This document shows positions 1 through 10,437 of a stretch of 54,714 nucleotides of DNA, piece after piece (positions within the stretch are counted from its first letter, which is position 1; each line of letters opens with the position of its first letter). A program made the position numbers and the translations under genes. This DNA is from Sediminibacterium ginsengisoli (GTDB lineage: Bacteria > Bacteroidota > Bacteroidia > Chitinophagales > Chitinophagaceae), in the NCBI GenBank assembly GCA_943324415.2, contig CALPLN020000001.1, positions 1 to 54,714 on the forward strand. Direction: 5' to 3'. The notes under the pieces are model-generated. The model saw only the letters and a list, made by a program, of their open reading frames with translations. It searched no databases and had not been told where the DNA came from.

Positions 1-1029
1 GGACTTGAAATAATCATCAAATCCTTATCTGAGAGCCGATTACTCGATTTCATAGTACCGGTTATTTTTGCGAATAATAAAGCGATTAATTTTTACAAAA
101 AGGGTTTACCCGATTTTCAATTGAGTTTTTCGACAGCACCAGATCTTGACAAGCTAAATCCCAAACAAGTGAACCTGATTCAATGTTGGGAGGAGGAAGC
201 AGCAATTCAACCAGGGGAACAAACAGAAATAGGTGGCAAATACGCACTGATCTCACTAGAACAGGCAGTTGCTGCTTTGAAAAACAATAAGATTGATGGC
301 TTGGTCACTGCGCCAATCCATAAAAAGAATATCCAGTCTCCTGATTTTAATTTTAGTGGCCATACCCCTTATTTGCAACATGCATTTGGGAATGTAGAAA
401 ACTTAATGTTATTGGTAGCTGAGAATTTAAGAATGGCTTTGGTCACAGAGCATCTGACTATACAAGATATTGCACAACATATTACTAAGGATAAGATCAA
501 ACAAAAATTACAAATCCTTCACAGAAGCTTGCAAAAAGATTTTGGTGTAGACAAACCACGTATCGCGGTGTTGGCCTTGAATCCACACGCAGGTGATGAT
601 GGATTGATTGGTAAAGAGGAAATTGAAATTATCAGACCAGCAATTAAAGAAGCTAAACAACAGATGTTGGTGTACGGACCCTATTCTGCTGATGCGTTTT
701 TCGCAAGAGGACAACATGAAAAGTTTGATGCAGTTTTAGCAATGTACCATGACCAAGGATTGATTCCATTCAAATCTTTAGCGTTTGGAGAAGGCGTTAA
801 TTTTACTGCTGGCCTACCTATTGTTAGAACAAGCCCTGACCATGGCACTGCTTTTGATATTGCAGGCAAAGACAAAGCAGATGCAAGTTCATTTACGGCA
901 AGTATTTTTGAGTGTGTTCGCATCATTCATGCAAGACAAGGATATCGCGACATGCGTCTGAATCCTTTGAAAAAAGTAAGCCATAAAATGTTTGCGAATG
1001 CGGTTGATGAGCGTTTAGACGAAAACTAA
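1..1029 (+). CDS. pdxA: 4-hydroxythreonine-4-phosphate dehydrogenase PdxA (5'-truncated by the window edge)
   Basis: Frame is open from base 1 (GLEIIIKSL...). Motifs VTAPIHK, GHT, LNPHAG, AMYHDQGLIPFK, RTSPDHGTAFDIAGK. Confidence 0.95.
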   Translation, partial: GLEIIIKSLSESRLLDFIVPVIFANNKAINFYKKGLPDFQLSFSTAPDLDKLNPKQVNLIQCWEEEAAIQPGEQTEIGGKYALISLEQAVAALKNNKIDGLVTAPIHKKNIQSPDFNFSGHTPYLQHAFGNVENLMLLVAENLRMALVTEHLTIQDIAQHITKDKIKQKLQILHRSLQKDFGVDKPRIAVLALNPHAGDDGLIGKEEIEIIRPAIKEAKQQMLVYGPYSADAFFARGQHEKFDAVLAMYHDQGLIPFKSLAFGEGVNFTAGLPIVRTSPDHGTAFDIAGKDKADASSFTASIFECVRIIHARQGYRDMRLNPLKKVSHKMFANAVDERLDEN

Positions 1030-1655
1030 AATGGACATGCTTTTTTAAGGTCTACCAACGACTGCAATCCCCAAGATGGAGACACTGGCGTAGCAATGGA
1101 TTGTTGACTCAAACAGCGTTCTGCTTTTTGAATTAAAGACTTACTTGCCTTGCAGCCACCACCAAATAAAGTTGGTAATTTGTATTGGATATTCGCCTCC
1201 AAAAGATAGACTCTAGGATTGTTGGGATTGATTTTTTTTGCCAACTCTAAAGGTGTTTTTATTTTATCTTCATAGGACAGCCACCTCAATGCTGGATTCA
1301 CTGACATCTTAGCAGTATTGGCCATACTTTCTGCACAATATATTTCATCATTTATTTGAACTGATTTTGCTCTAGCAATCCACAATAAAGCTGCATTGGC
1401 TTGTTGATCCCTATCTCCCATTTTCAAAAGACACATTCTTGCCTTGACCAAAGAAGCATAATACGGGATCAGCCAATTGGTTTTATCAGCCATATAAAGC
1501 TGTTCGAATTGTGCATATACCTGTTGATAGGAAGCCGTTTTACTTAATTGATTAAACTGACTCACTGCAGACTCTAAAGTCTTTGCTGGAGGGGTTACCT
1601 GACCTTGAACAGGCAATTGCATTAGTAATATAAAAAGAACCACTACATTTTGCAT
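1026..1655 (-). CDS. Exported helical (TPR-like) conserved Bacteroidota hypothetical protein
   Basis: Signal-peptide-like N-terminus; WLIPYYA, NPNNPRVYLL, PTLFGGG and PSWG motifs. Its stop overlaps the pdxA stop by 4 bp. Confidence 0.7.
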   Translation of the reverse strand: MQNVVVLFILLMQLPVQGQVTPPAKTLESAVSQFNQLSKTASYQQVYAQFEQLYMADKTNWLIPYYASLVKARMCLLKMGDRDQQANAALLWIARAKSVQINDEIYCAESMANTAKMSVNPALRWLSYEDKIKTPLELAKKINPNNPRVYLLEANIQYKLPTLFGGGCKASKSLIQKAERCLSQQSIATPVSPSWGLQSLVDLKKACPF

Positions 1656-1665
1656 AGGATGTAAT

Positions 1666-2352
1666 TTAAAACATCGAATTTGAAACCCCTTTATTGATTA
1701 CATAATTGGCATAGGTAATTTCAATTGTACCTTTCTTTTGCTTCAATGCCTTTTGCTTAGCCGCAGGATCATCATCGCCAAATTCTAGCGTAATGCCATT
1801 CGGTAATTTATAGTCCTTGGTATTGAAACCAAAAATTATTTTACTAGGAAGACCATAGCTTGCATATTGGCCATATTCCATCGTGATCTCATAAGTGCCA
1901 TTTTCTTTTGTTGTCGTAAACGTCTTGTATACAAGCGCATCCACTGGATCGATCCATAATGTAGAAATAACCCAATCCAATTTTTCATCCGTTGGGATCA
2001 ACTTAATGGCTTGCAATTGCTTGCCTTTAAATACTTGAACCCCAGATTCAATCGCGATGTATTGTTTGTTATTTAATAATGAATTGAGGGTCACCGACAC
2101 GCCCCCTTTAGGTAATAAAGAAATTCCACCCTCTTTTTTTACTTTCAGCAAATTGGGTTTCTTGTAATATACTTTTACTTTCCCCAACGAAGCTTTGATA
2201 AAAGCCACATCTGTTTTCATGATTCCCATGGCCACATAGTCATTGACAATATTCAATTTTGCACTTACTTTTTCAATCAATGCATTTGATTGCGCCATAG
2301 TTGAATACTGGAGAATAAAAACGCCAACAATACATAAAATAGTTTTTTTCAT
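1666..2352 (-). CDS. LolA-like periplasmic lipid/lipoprotein carrier-fold protein
   Basis: Signal peptide; GKVKVYYKKPNLLKV, IKLIP and TLWID patterns resemble the LolA family. Confidence 0.6.
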   Translation of the reverse strand: MKKTILCIVGVFILQYSTMAQSNALIEKVSAKLNIVNDYVAMGIMKTDVAFIKASLGKVKVYYKKPNLLKVKKEGGISLLPKGGVSVTLNSLLNNKQYIAIESGVQVFKGKQLQAIKLIPTDEKLDWVISTLWIDPVDALVYKTFTTTKENGTYEITMEYGQYASYGLPSKIIFGFNTKDYKLPNGITLEFGDDDPAAKQKALKQKKGTIEITYANYVINKGVSNSMF

Positions 2353-2388
2353 ACCGAATAAATTATATCTTTTTAATTCAAGCTAATA

Positions 2389-3264
2389 TTAGCTTAAAAT
2401 ATCTTTCTTTTTCATGATCCAAATAGATGCCCCCACAAACAATCCAATATGGACCGTCAATACCAAGATTGAATTTTTTATTTTAGCTACATTTAAGATG
2501 CTTCCTGTGATCGCATCATTGCTTTCATTCACTTGGATGTCAAAAAATTCTTTCCAATTGTTCATATGCGTTGTAAACAAATAAGGCTTGACTACATTGA
2601 ACAATGGGATATTCAAGGTGCTTAAGATAGTAAAGAACACAATTGCACTAATCGTTGCTACGATTGGTCCTATTGAATTATTCGCTAAACTAGACATCAA
2701 GAAGCCTAATGCTGCTACGGTCAATAAAGAGAAGCTAGCAAAAACAAAGGCGCCTAGATATCTCCAAAAAACATCTTGTTCCTGAATCAATACTACATAA
2801 TTGGACTTCATCAGAAATAAATCATCTGTTCCAAAAATCCACATACTTAAGAATAGTGCTAGAAATGCTAACCAAATCAATAACAAAATAGTGTATAAAC
2901 TAGCTGCAACAAATTTGGCTAATACCCATTGTGTTCTACTGTAAGGTGTAGTGAACAACAATCTTAAAGTACCTAGATTGGCTTCTCCAGAAAGCATATC
3001 AGCAGCAATTAAGGCAACTAATAAAGGAACATGGACCAATAATAATTGCAATAAGATATAACATATCAAATAACCATTCAAGACTTTGCCATCCACCGTT
3101 AAAGTATCATTGATATCCTTCATTAAAAAGGCTGCGTAGGCTTCTCCGTCAATTTTCAATCCCATCTGTATGACTAATATCAACGCGGCAATGGCACCAA
3201 ATGCAATATAAGTTCTAGGCCTTTTGTAGATTTTGAAAAGTTCTATTTGAATAATGGGCCACAT
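2389..3264 (-). CDS. ABC-2 type transporter permease
   Basis: About six hydrophobic segments; SGEANLGTLRLLFTTPYSRTQWVLAKF motif. Confidence 0.88.
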   Translation of the reverse strand: MWPIIQIELFKIYKRPRTYIAFGAIAALILVIQMGLKIDGEAYAAFLMKDINDTLTVDGKVLNGYLICYILLQLLLVHVPLLVALIAADMLSGEANLGTLRLLFTTPYSRTQWVLAKFVAASLYTILLLIWLAFLALFLSMWIFGTDDLFLMKSNYVVLIQEQDVFWRYLGAFVFASFSLLTVAALGFLMSSLANNSIGPIVATISAIVFFTILSTLNIPLFNVVKPYLFTTHMNNWKEFFDIQVNESNDAITGSILNVAKIKNSILVLTVHIGLFVGASIWIMKKKDILS

Positions 3265-3265
3265 A

Positions 3266-4177
3266 TTAATAAGTTGAAGTGAGTTGTAAAAAATAATCTT
3301 CTAAAGAATTTTTAGATTCTAGAGAAAGTAAGGCAATGTTGGACGCGACTAAAAAAGTATTCAATCCAGGAATGTCCAATTTAGGAATGCTTAAATAAAG
3401 TCCTTCGCTGCGTTCCAATATATTCGCACGGTAGGCAGAATCCATTAATTTTTGTTTTGCATCTTGATCATCCAATGTTTTGATCTGAACAATTGTTTTA
3501 TTTGGATCCAATAAACTTGATGTAGGACCTTCGGCCATTTTTTTACCTTGATGGATGATTAAGATATGCGTTGCGATTTGTTCAATCTCCGAAAGCAAAT
3601 GTGACGAAACCAACACTGTTTTACCTTGATCTTTAGAGAGCGATTTAATCAACTGACGAATGTCTGCAATCCCTTGAGGATCCAGTCCGTTGGTTGGTTC
3701 ATCTAGAATAATCAATGCAGGATCATGCAATAGTGCAATTCCAATACCTAATCTTTGTTTCATCCCTAATGAATAGGTCTGTACTTTATCATGAGCTCTT
3801 GCAAGCAAACCTACCTGCGATAAGGTCGCCTCAATTTTAGCCGCACTAATCTTTTGCTTACGTAATTTGGCAAACAAAGTTAGATGCTCTTGTGCTGTTA
3901 AATAAGGATATAAATCGGGACGCTCAATGACTGCGCCAATCTGCTCTAATATAGCAGATCGATGGTCTGTCAATGATTTGCCAAAAATTTCTATCTTTCC
4001 TTCGGAAGGATGTATTAACGAAAGTAGCATCCGAATGGTGGTGCTCTTTCCAGATCCATTTTGGCCTAAAAAACCATAGACCTGACCTGCTTCTACTTCA
4101 AATGATAGCTGGTCTACTGCCTTTAAGGCGCCGAAAGTTTTACTTAATGCTTGTACTTTAATAACTGACATACTCAT
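3266..4177 (-). CDS. ABC transporter ATP-binding protein (BcrA/CcmA-like)
   Basis: Walker A GQNGSGKST, signature YSLGMKQRL, Walker B ILDEPTNGLD, SSH. Confidence 0.93.
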   Translation of the reverse strand: MSMSVIKVQALSKTFGALKAVDQLSFEVEAGQVYGFLGQNGSGKSTTIRMLLSLIHPSEGKIEIFGKSLTDHRSAILEQIGAVIERPDLYPYLTAQEHLTLFAKLRKQKISAAKIEATLSQVGLLARAHDKVQTYSLGMKQRLGIGIALLHDPALIILDEPTNGLDPQGIADIRQLIKSLSKDQGKTVLVSSHLLSEIEQIATHILIIHQGKKMAEGPTSSLLDPNKTIVQIKTLDDQDAKQKLMDSAYRANILERSEGLYLSIPKLDIPGLNTFLVASNIALLSLESKNSLEDYFLQLTSTY

Positions 4178-4224
4178 ATAACAATCAATTGAATTTTTTG
4201 TTGCGAAAGCGACACCCTATTCAC

Positions 4225-4253
4225 AAAAAAACCCCGAAAATTCGGGGTTTTTT
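4225..4253 (-). terminator. Intrinsic terminator after atpA
   Basis: AAAAAAACCCCGAA-AA-TTCGGGGTTTTTT hairpin with A/T tails. Confidence 0.88.
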
Positions 4254-4269
4254 ATATTCAAGTATTTAC

Positions 4270-5847
4270 TTATTTGTATTGAGGAATCAAGCTATTCGCT
4301 AATTCAACCATTTGCTTCAATCCATCTTCAGGTAAATTACCTTTTTTGAATTCAGCCAATACATTTGGTAATTTATTGGTCATCTCTAACATGAAATGTG
4401 CTTCAAAATCTTTCACGTTCTTCACCGCAACTTCTTTCAACAAACCTTGTGTACCCAAGTAGATAATTGCTACTTGTTTTTCTACCGAGAACGGTGTGTA
4501 CTGCGCTTGTTTCAAGATCTCTACGTTTCTTGCACCTTTGTCAATTACGTTTTTAGTTGCTGGATCTAAGTCACCACCAAATTTAGAGAAGGCTTCTAAC
4601 TCTCTGTATAATGCTTGGTCTAATTTTAAAGTACCAGATACTTTTTTCATTGATTTGATCTGCGCATTACCACCCACACGGCTCACTGAAATACCTACGT
4701 TGATCGCTGGACGAATACCTGCGTTAAACAAGTTACCTTCCAAGAAGATCTGACCGTCAGTAATAGAGATTACGTTGGTAGGAATATAGGCAGATACGTC
4801 ACCTGCTTGTGTTTCAATAATTGGCAATGCAGTCAATGAACCACCCCCTTTAACCAAATGCTTGATAGAAGCTGGTAAGTCGTTCATGTTTTTCGCGATA
4901 TCGTCATTTGCAATCACTTTCGCAGCACGCTCTAACAAACGGCTATGCAAGTAGAATACGTCACCTGGATAAGCCTCACGACCTGGCGGACGACGTAATA
5001 ACAAAGATACTTCACGGTAAGCCACCGCTTGCTTAGATAAGTCATCAAATACAATCAAAGCTGGTTTACCACAATCACGGAAGAACTCACCAACTGCTGC
5101 ACCCGCAAATGGAGCGTAGAATTGTTGAGGCGCTGGATCTGCAGCAGAAGCAGCAACGATAATGGTATAAGCCATTGCACCATGTTCTTCTAGAGTCTTC
5201 ATTACACCTGCAATTGTAGATGCTTTTTGACCGATCGCGACATAGATACAATATACTGGTTGACCAGCATCATAGAATTCTTTTTGGTTGATAATGGTGT
5301 CCACACAAATTGCAGTCTTACCTGTTTGACGATCACCAATTACCAATTCACGTTGTCCACGACCAATTGGAATCATTGCGTCAATCGCTTTGATACCCGT
5401 TTGTAATGGCTCTTTTACAGGCTCACGGAAAATTACACCTGGTGCTTTACGCTCCAATGGCATTTCATACAATTCACCTTTAATTGGACCCTTGCCATCG
5501 ATTGGCTCACCCAACATATTGATTACACGACCTACTAAACCATCTCCTACTTTAATAGAAGCGATTTTACCAGTACGCTTAACTTTGTCACCTTCCTTAA
5601 TTTGTTTGCTATCACCCATCATTACCACACCCACATTGTCTTCCTCTAGGTTCAATGCAATTGCTTTGGTTCCATTCTCGAATTCAACCAACTCACCACT
5701 GCTTACACCGTTCAAACCATAAATACGAGCGATACCATCACCAACTTGCAATACAGTTCCAACTTCTTCTAAATCAGCAGAAGCATTAAAATTGCTTAAT
5801 TGCTGTCTAAGAATTGCGGATATTTCATCAGGTTTAATGTCCACCAT
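4270..5847 (-). CDS. atpA: F0F1 ATP synthase subunit alpha
   Basis: [32 protein letters not shown]. Confidence 0.99.
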   Translation of the reverse strand: MVDIKPDEISAILRQQLSNFNASADLEEVGTVLQVGDGIARIYGLNGVSSGELVEFENGTKAIALNLEEDNVGVVMMGDSKQIKEGDKVKRTGKIASIKVGDGLVGRVINMLGEPIDGKGPIKGELYEMPLERKAPGVIFREPVKEPLQTGIKAIDAMIPIGRGQRELVIGDRQTGKTAICVDTIINQKEFYDAGQPVYCIYVAIGQKASTIAGVMKTLEEHGAMAYTIIVAASAADPAPQQFYAPFAGAAVGEFFRDCGKPALIVFDDLSKQAVAYREVSLLLRRPPGREAYPGDVFYLHSRLLERAAKVIANDDIAKNMNDLPASIKHLVKGGGSLTALPIIETQAGDVSAYIPTNVISITDGQIFLEGNLFNAGIRPAINVGISVSRVGGNAQIKSMKKVSGTLKLDQALYRELEAFSKFGGDLDPATKNVIDKGARNVEILKQAQYTPFSVEKQVAIIYLGTQGLLKEVAVKNVKDFEAHFMLEMTNKLPNVLAEFKKGNLPEDGLKQMVELANSLIPQYK

Positions 5848-5880
5848 AAATACTTATTTAATGTATGATTGTTATGTTAA

Positions 5881-6441
5881 TTATAATTTTGCTACGAATT
5901 CGTTAGATAAAAATTGTTTTTTAATATCTAATAAATCTCTTTTAATACTTGCGTCAATTAAATTGTTGTCGAACGACAATACAAAACCACCAATTAAATC
6001 TTCATTGGTATTTGTCGTTAATTCAACAGTTTTAAATTGGGTTTCTTCTTTAATTTTTTGCTCGAAAGTTTTCTTTAACTCATCGCTGATAGCCACCGCA
6101 GTCGTCAAGCTAACTTGATGAATTCCCTTCAAAGCATTGTATTGTTCAATGAATGCAGTAGTAATTTCTGGCAATGCACTTTCTCTACTTTTCTTCACCA
6201 ATAAAACAATAAAAGACAAAGACAACGTGCTCACTGCATCTTTAATCACAGCAAGTATAATTGCATTCTTTTGATCCGCTTTAATGATTGGACTTCTCAA
6301 CACATTTACAAAGTCATGGCTTTGAGTACAAACTGCTTGAAAATATTTCATATCAGCATGCACTGCGTCCAATTGATTTTGCTCAATGGCTAAGTCGAGT
6401 AAGCTCTTTGCGTATCTTCCTGCTAAACGTACGTTGGGCAT
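5881..6441 (-). CDS. atpH: ATP synthase subunit delta
   Basis: RYAKSLL N-terminus, LIGGF...IDASI; operon position. Confidence 0.96.
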   Translation of the reverse strand: MPNVRLAGRYAKSLLDLAIEQNQLDAVHADMKYFQAVCTQSHDFVNVLRSPIIKADQKNAIILAVIKDAVSTLSLSFIVLLVKKSRESALPEITTAFIEQYNALKGIHQVSLTTAVAISDELKKTFEQKIKEETQFKTVELTTNTNEDLIGGFVLSFDNNLIDASIKRDLLDIKKQFLSNEFVAKL

Positions 6442-6451
6442 TTCTTACTTT

Positions 6452-6964
6452 TTAATTTAACTTAACTCCTTCAGCGATTTGCTTAATATAGCTTTCTTGT
6501 TCTGCTTTATTAGACAACTCTTTTCTTAATACTTTCTCTGCAACTTCCACAACCAAATTACCAACTTGATTTTTTACTTCAGTCAAAGCGGCATTTTTTT
6601 GCTGCGTGATTGCCATTTGTGCGTCGCTGATAATGCGCTCATATTCATGCTTCGCTTTATCTTTTGCATCCGCCACCATTTTGTCGGCAGTCTCTTTTGC
6701 ATCTTTTAACAATCCAGCTCTTTCCTCACGTGCTTTCGCTAACAATGCTTCATTTTCATTTTGCATAGCTGCAATTTCTGCTTTCATCTTGTCTGCACGT
6801 AAAAGTGCTTCTTCGATGCCGTTTTCACGCTCAGCAATTGCTTTCAACATTGGTTTCCAAGCAAACTTGCCTAAAACAACCAAGAGAATCAAAAACGCGA
6901 TTGCATTCCAAAACACCAATCCGATGTCTGGCAATACCAATGGGTTAATTTCTAATATGAACAT
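6452..6964 (-). CDS. atpF: ATP synthase subunit b
   Basis: PDIGLVFW...KFAWKPML transmembrane helix followed by a coiled coil. Confidence 0.96.
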   Translation of the reverse strand: MFILEINPLVLPDIGLVFWNAIAFLILLVVLGKFAWKPMLKAIAERENGIEEALLRADKMKAEIAAMQNENEALLAKAREERAGLLKDAKETADKMVADAKDKAKHEYERIISDAQMAITQQKNAALTEVKNQVGNLVVEVAEKVLRKELSNKAEQESYIKQIAEGVKLN

Positions 6965-7000
6965 AAGATTTATTTATCTTAATTAATAATGTCAAAGTTA

Positions 7001-7034
7001 AAATAGGCTCTTCGCCCTGTGCTAGAGCCTATTT
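7001..7034 (-). terminator. Intra-operon hairpin between atpE and atpF (partial terminator or stabiliser)
   Basis: AAATAGGCTCT (7001-7011) pairs with AGAGCCTATTT (7024-7034); short U run on the minus strand. Confidence 0.6.
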
Positions 7035-7057
7035 AATTTCTTGGATATCCAAGTTGA

Positions 7058-7306
<249 letters not shown>

Positions 7307-7310
7307 TTAT

Positions 7311-8459
7311 TTAGTGATGTGCTTCTTCTTTATGATCATGGTGATGTTCCTCGTTCGCCATTCCAATATACATAGCTGTCAACATAGTAAAGATATAGGC
7401 TTGCAAAAATGCAACCAATAACTCAATCATGCCAATAAACACGGCAAATGGAACTGCAATTGCAGAAGCATACACGGTCTTGAAAATAAATATGATACAA
7501 ATCAAACTCAATACTAAGATGTGGCCTGCAGTAATGTTCGCAAACAAACGAATCATTAAAGAAATAGGCTTTGTAAATACACCAATTAATTCGATAGGTG
7601 CTAAGAACAACTTCATGCTCCAGTGCATACCAGGCATCCAAAAAATGTGTTGCCAGTAATTTTTATTCGCACTTAAGTTCACTACAATGAAAACGCAAAC
7701 TGCTAACATCATTGTGAAAGCGATATTTCCACTCACATTCGCTCCCCCTGGAAAGATTGGAATTAAACCTAAAAAGTTATTCGTCAAAATCAAGAAGAAT
7801 ACGGTCAACAAGAAAGGCATGAATTTAGCATACTTCTTTTTACCAATATTAGGGATGGCCAATTCATCTCTTACAAACAGCACAATCGGCTCCATAAAGG
7901 ATTGAATGCCTTTAGGTGCAGAAGTAACCCCTGTTTTTTTATACGCAGTTGCAGCAGATAGAATAACAACCAATATAATGAAAACAGACACCAATAAAGA
8001 AGCTACGTTCTTTGTGATAGAGAAATCCCATAAAGCTTTTGTTGCTGCTTCATCAATGGCTTCCGTTGCGTCTATAATTTTAACCTTGCCTTCTATAATT
8101 TTATAATCAAAATTGCCCTTGTATACAATATGCTCATGGTGTTCATTCATGAATTTTGCAGACGAAAAAACTTCGATTCCTTTTGGTGTGTACAAAATCA
8201 CTGGCAATGAAATAGAAGTATGCCCCCATAAATGCCAGCTATGATCATCTTTGATGTGTTCTAATATAGTTTCTGTTACATTGAATTCTTTTACTTCATG
8301 ACCTACTGCAGTGCTATCAAGTGTTGCCACTTTATTCGTATCCGCAGTTTGTGATGCAGTTTGTGATGCAGTTTCGTTTGCAAATGCATTGCCAGAATAA
8401 GCCAATGTAAATAAGCTCAAACACAATACCAGTAAAGATTTTATACGTCTAGATGCCAT
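7311..8459 (-). CDS. atpB: ATP synthase subunit a (long Bacteroidota type with N-terminal extension)
   Basis: KPISLMIRLFANITAGH, ELLVAFLQAYIFTMLT. Confidence 0.97.
   Translation of the reverse strand: MASRRIKSLLVLCLSLFTLAYSGNAFANETASQTASQTADTNKVATLDSTAVGHEVKEFNVTETILEHIKDDHSWHLWGHTSISLPVILYTPKGIEVFSSAKFMNEHHEHIVYKGNFDYKIIEGKVKIIDATEAIDEAATKALWDFSITKNVASLLVSVFIILVVILSAATAYKKTGVTSAPKGIQSFMEPIVLFVRDELAIPNIGKKKYAKFMPFLLTVFFLILTNNFLGLIPIFPGGANVSGNIAFTMMLAVCVFIVVNLSANKNYWQHIFWMPGMHWSMKLFLAPIELIGVFTKPISLMIRLFANITAGHILVLSLICIIFIFKTVYASAIAVPFAVFIGMIELLVAFLQAYIFTMLTAMYIGMANEEHHHDHKEEAHH
8344..8374. repeat. 12-bp tandem repeat (GCAGTTTGTGAT x2.6) within atpB, encoding TASQ TASQ TA
   Basis: Read directly from the sequence. 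Confidence 0.85.
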
Positions 8460-8479
8460 AGGGATCTCAAAATTTGCGG

Positions 8480-8487
8480 CAAAGATA
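8480..8487 (-). promoter_or_regulatory. Bacteroidota -7 promoter element TATCTTTG for the atp operon
   Basis: Matches TAnnTTTG, 20 nt upstream of the atpB ATG. Confidence 0.7.
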
Positions 8488-8588
8488 GGAATAAACCTGC
8501 TGAAAAGTCAGAATATTTAACAGAAATATAGGCTTAAAAAAAATGATTTCTATTCTCTTAAAATATTGATTTACAATACCTTATAAAA

Positions 8589-10394
8589 TTAGGCATTCTT
8601 TTTGGGGTCAAATTGCATTTCATTGAGGGCCCTATAAAATCCGTCCTGCTCCATTAAGGACTGATGCGTCCCTTTCTCAATGATTTTCCCCTGCTCCAAA
8701 ACAAGGATCTGATCGGCCTTGCGAATGGTAGACAATCGATGCGCAATCACAATTGATGTTCGACCCTGAATCAATGTTTCAATGGCTTTTTCTATTAGCT
8801 GTTCGCTCTCGGTATCGATAGAAGAAGTGGCTTCATCTAAGATTAAAATACTTGGATTGTACAATAAAGCGCGGATAAAACTCAATAGTTGCCTTTGCCC
8901 CAAACTGAGGGTTGCGCCTCTTTCCATAACATGGTACTGATATCCTCCGGGAAGTTGCATAATAAAGTCGTGCATGCCAATCATCTTTGCAGCTTCCTCT
9001 ACTTGTTCGGGACGAATGAGTGGATTGCGTAAGGTAATATTGTCATAGACTGACCCAGAAAATAAAAATACATCTTGTAACACGACACCTATAGAGGCCC
9101 TCAATCGATCTAGTGCATAATCTTGAATCAGCACACCATCTAATAAAATTTGACCTGCTTGATAGGGATAGAGGCGATTCAAAACACTGATGATAGAAGT
9201 CTTACCGCTACCGGTTGGACCTACTAAAGCCACAGTCTCCCCTGCAGCAACAGTGAAATTTAAATCATTTAAAATCCAATTGGGTGCTTGGTATGCAAAT
9301 TGTACATTTTTAAATTCAATAGCCCCTTTGATTTGAACTGGAGCATACTGACCTTGATCTACTGTAATGTCTTCGTTATCTAAAATCTTAAAGACACGCT
9401 CAGCAGCAACCATCCCCATTTGCAATACATTGAATTTATCAGCGATCATACGGAGTGGCCTAAAAATCTGGTTTAAAAATAAAATGAATGCCACGAGCAT
9501 CCCAGCATCTAAACTTTGGCCTGCTACCCACCAAACAATTAAACCAATACTTAAAGCTAAAACAACCTCCACTACTGGAAAGAATACAGAGTAGGCAAAG
9601 ATGGCTTTAATGTTCGCAGTTTTATGATTCGAATTAATCGTGTCAAATTTTTTCATTTCTTTTTCTTCCGCAGCAAAAGCCTGTACCACTTGCATACCAG
9701 AGATATGCTCTTGTACAAATGCATTGAGCGCGGCCACTGCATTACGTACTTGTACAAAACTTTTATTGACACTTTCTTTGAAAAAATAAGTCGCAACAAT
9801 CATGATTGGAAATGGAATCAAGCAAATTAAAGTCAATTGCCAATTGATAAAAAACATGGTCGTCAAAGTCACTACGATCGTTAACATATCTGCGATAATA
9901 GGGATCAATCCGTCCGAAAAAATATCATTGATGCTCTCAATATCATTGATTGTTCTAGTCGTCAATGTGCCAATCGGCGTTTTATCGAATTGACGCATTT
10001 CCCAGTACATGATTTTCTGATACACTTTATTTCTCAAATCTCTAATGACCTGTTGCCCTAACCAAGACATTCCAAAGGTGAAACAAAAACGAAATAAGGT
10101 TTCAAGGATAATAAAAGCCACTTGAAAAAGTGAAATAGCCAATATGAGTTGTAGCACTGAATTAAATGCATCAGACGGCAATACCCAATGGACCCAATGG
10201 GGTAAATGCACCTGCTTGCCAATAGCCAAATTCACTGTAGCTTGAATCAGATAAGGTCGAATGGGCGTAGCGAAAGCTAAAAAAATGCCTAAAAAAACGT
10301 TGACCCAGAAAATAAATCGGTATGGCCCTACAAAAGAAAACACCCTACTTAAAATAGAGGATTTGAATAAGGGTTTAGACTGGGTTGATGACAT
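8589..10394 (-). CDS. ABC exporter, fused permease/ATPase (MsbA/MdlB-like)
   Basis: Transmembrane domain, then GPTGSGKT, LSLGQRQL, ILDEATSSID, IAHRLST. Confidence 0.93.
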   Translation of the reverse strand: MSSTQSKPLFKSSILSRVFSFVGPYRFIFWVNVFLGIFLAFATPIRPYLIQATVNLAIGKQVHLPHWVHWVLPSDAFNSVLQLILAISLFQVAFIILETLFRFCFTFGMSWLGQQVIRDLRNKVYQKIMYWEMRQFDKTPIGTLTTRTINDIESINDIFSDGLIPIIADMLTIVVTLTTMFFINWQLTLICLIPFPIMIVATYFFKESVNKSFVQVRNAVAALNAFVQEHISGMQVVQAFAAEEKEMKKFDTINSNHKTANIKAIFAYSVFFPVVEVVLALSIGLIVWWVAGQSLDAGMLVAFILFLNQIFRPLRMIADKFNVLQMGMVAAERVFKILDNEDITVDQGQYAPVQIKGAIEFKNVQFAYQAPNWILNDLNFTVAAGETVALVGPTGSGKTSIISVLNRLYPYQAGQILLDGVLIQDYALDRLRASIGVVLQDVFLFSGSVYDNITLRNPLIRPEQVEEAAKMIGMHDFIMQLPGGYQYHVMERGATLSLGQRQLLSFIRALLYNPSILILDEATSSIDTESEQLIEKAIETLIQGRTSIVIAHRLSTIRKADQILVLEQGKIIEKGTHQSLMEQDGFYRALNEMQFDPKKNA

Positions 10395-10401
10395 AGCGGG
10401 T

Positions 10402-10430
10402 CAAAGTTACACCGCTTTTACGTATTTTCG
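10402..10430. promoter_or_regulatory. Divergent -7 elements: TAACTTTG (minus, 10402-10409) and TATTTTCG (plus, 10423-10430)
   Basis: Each lies 7 nt from its ATG in a 43-bp intergenic gap. Confidence 0.65.
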
Positions 10431-10437
10431 TGAAAGC

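Noticed and set aside
10261-10437. N-terminal extension of the rel ORF in the ORF track
   Set aside because: It overlaps the divergent ABC gene; a -7 element and ATG at 10438 give a normal-length protein.
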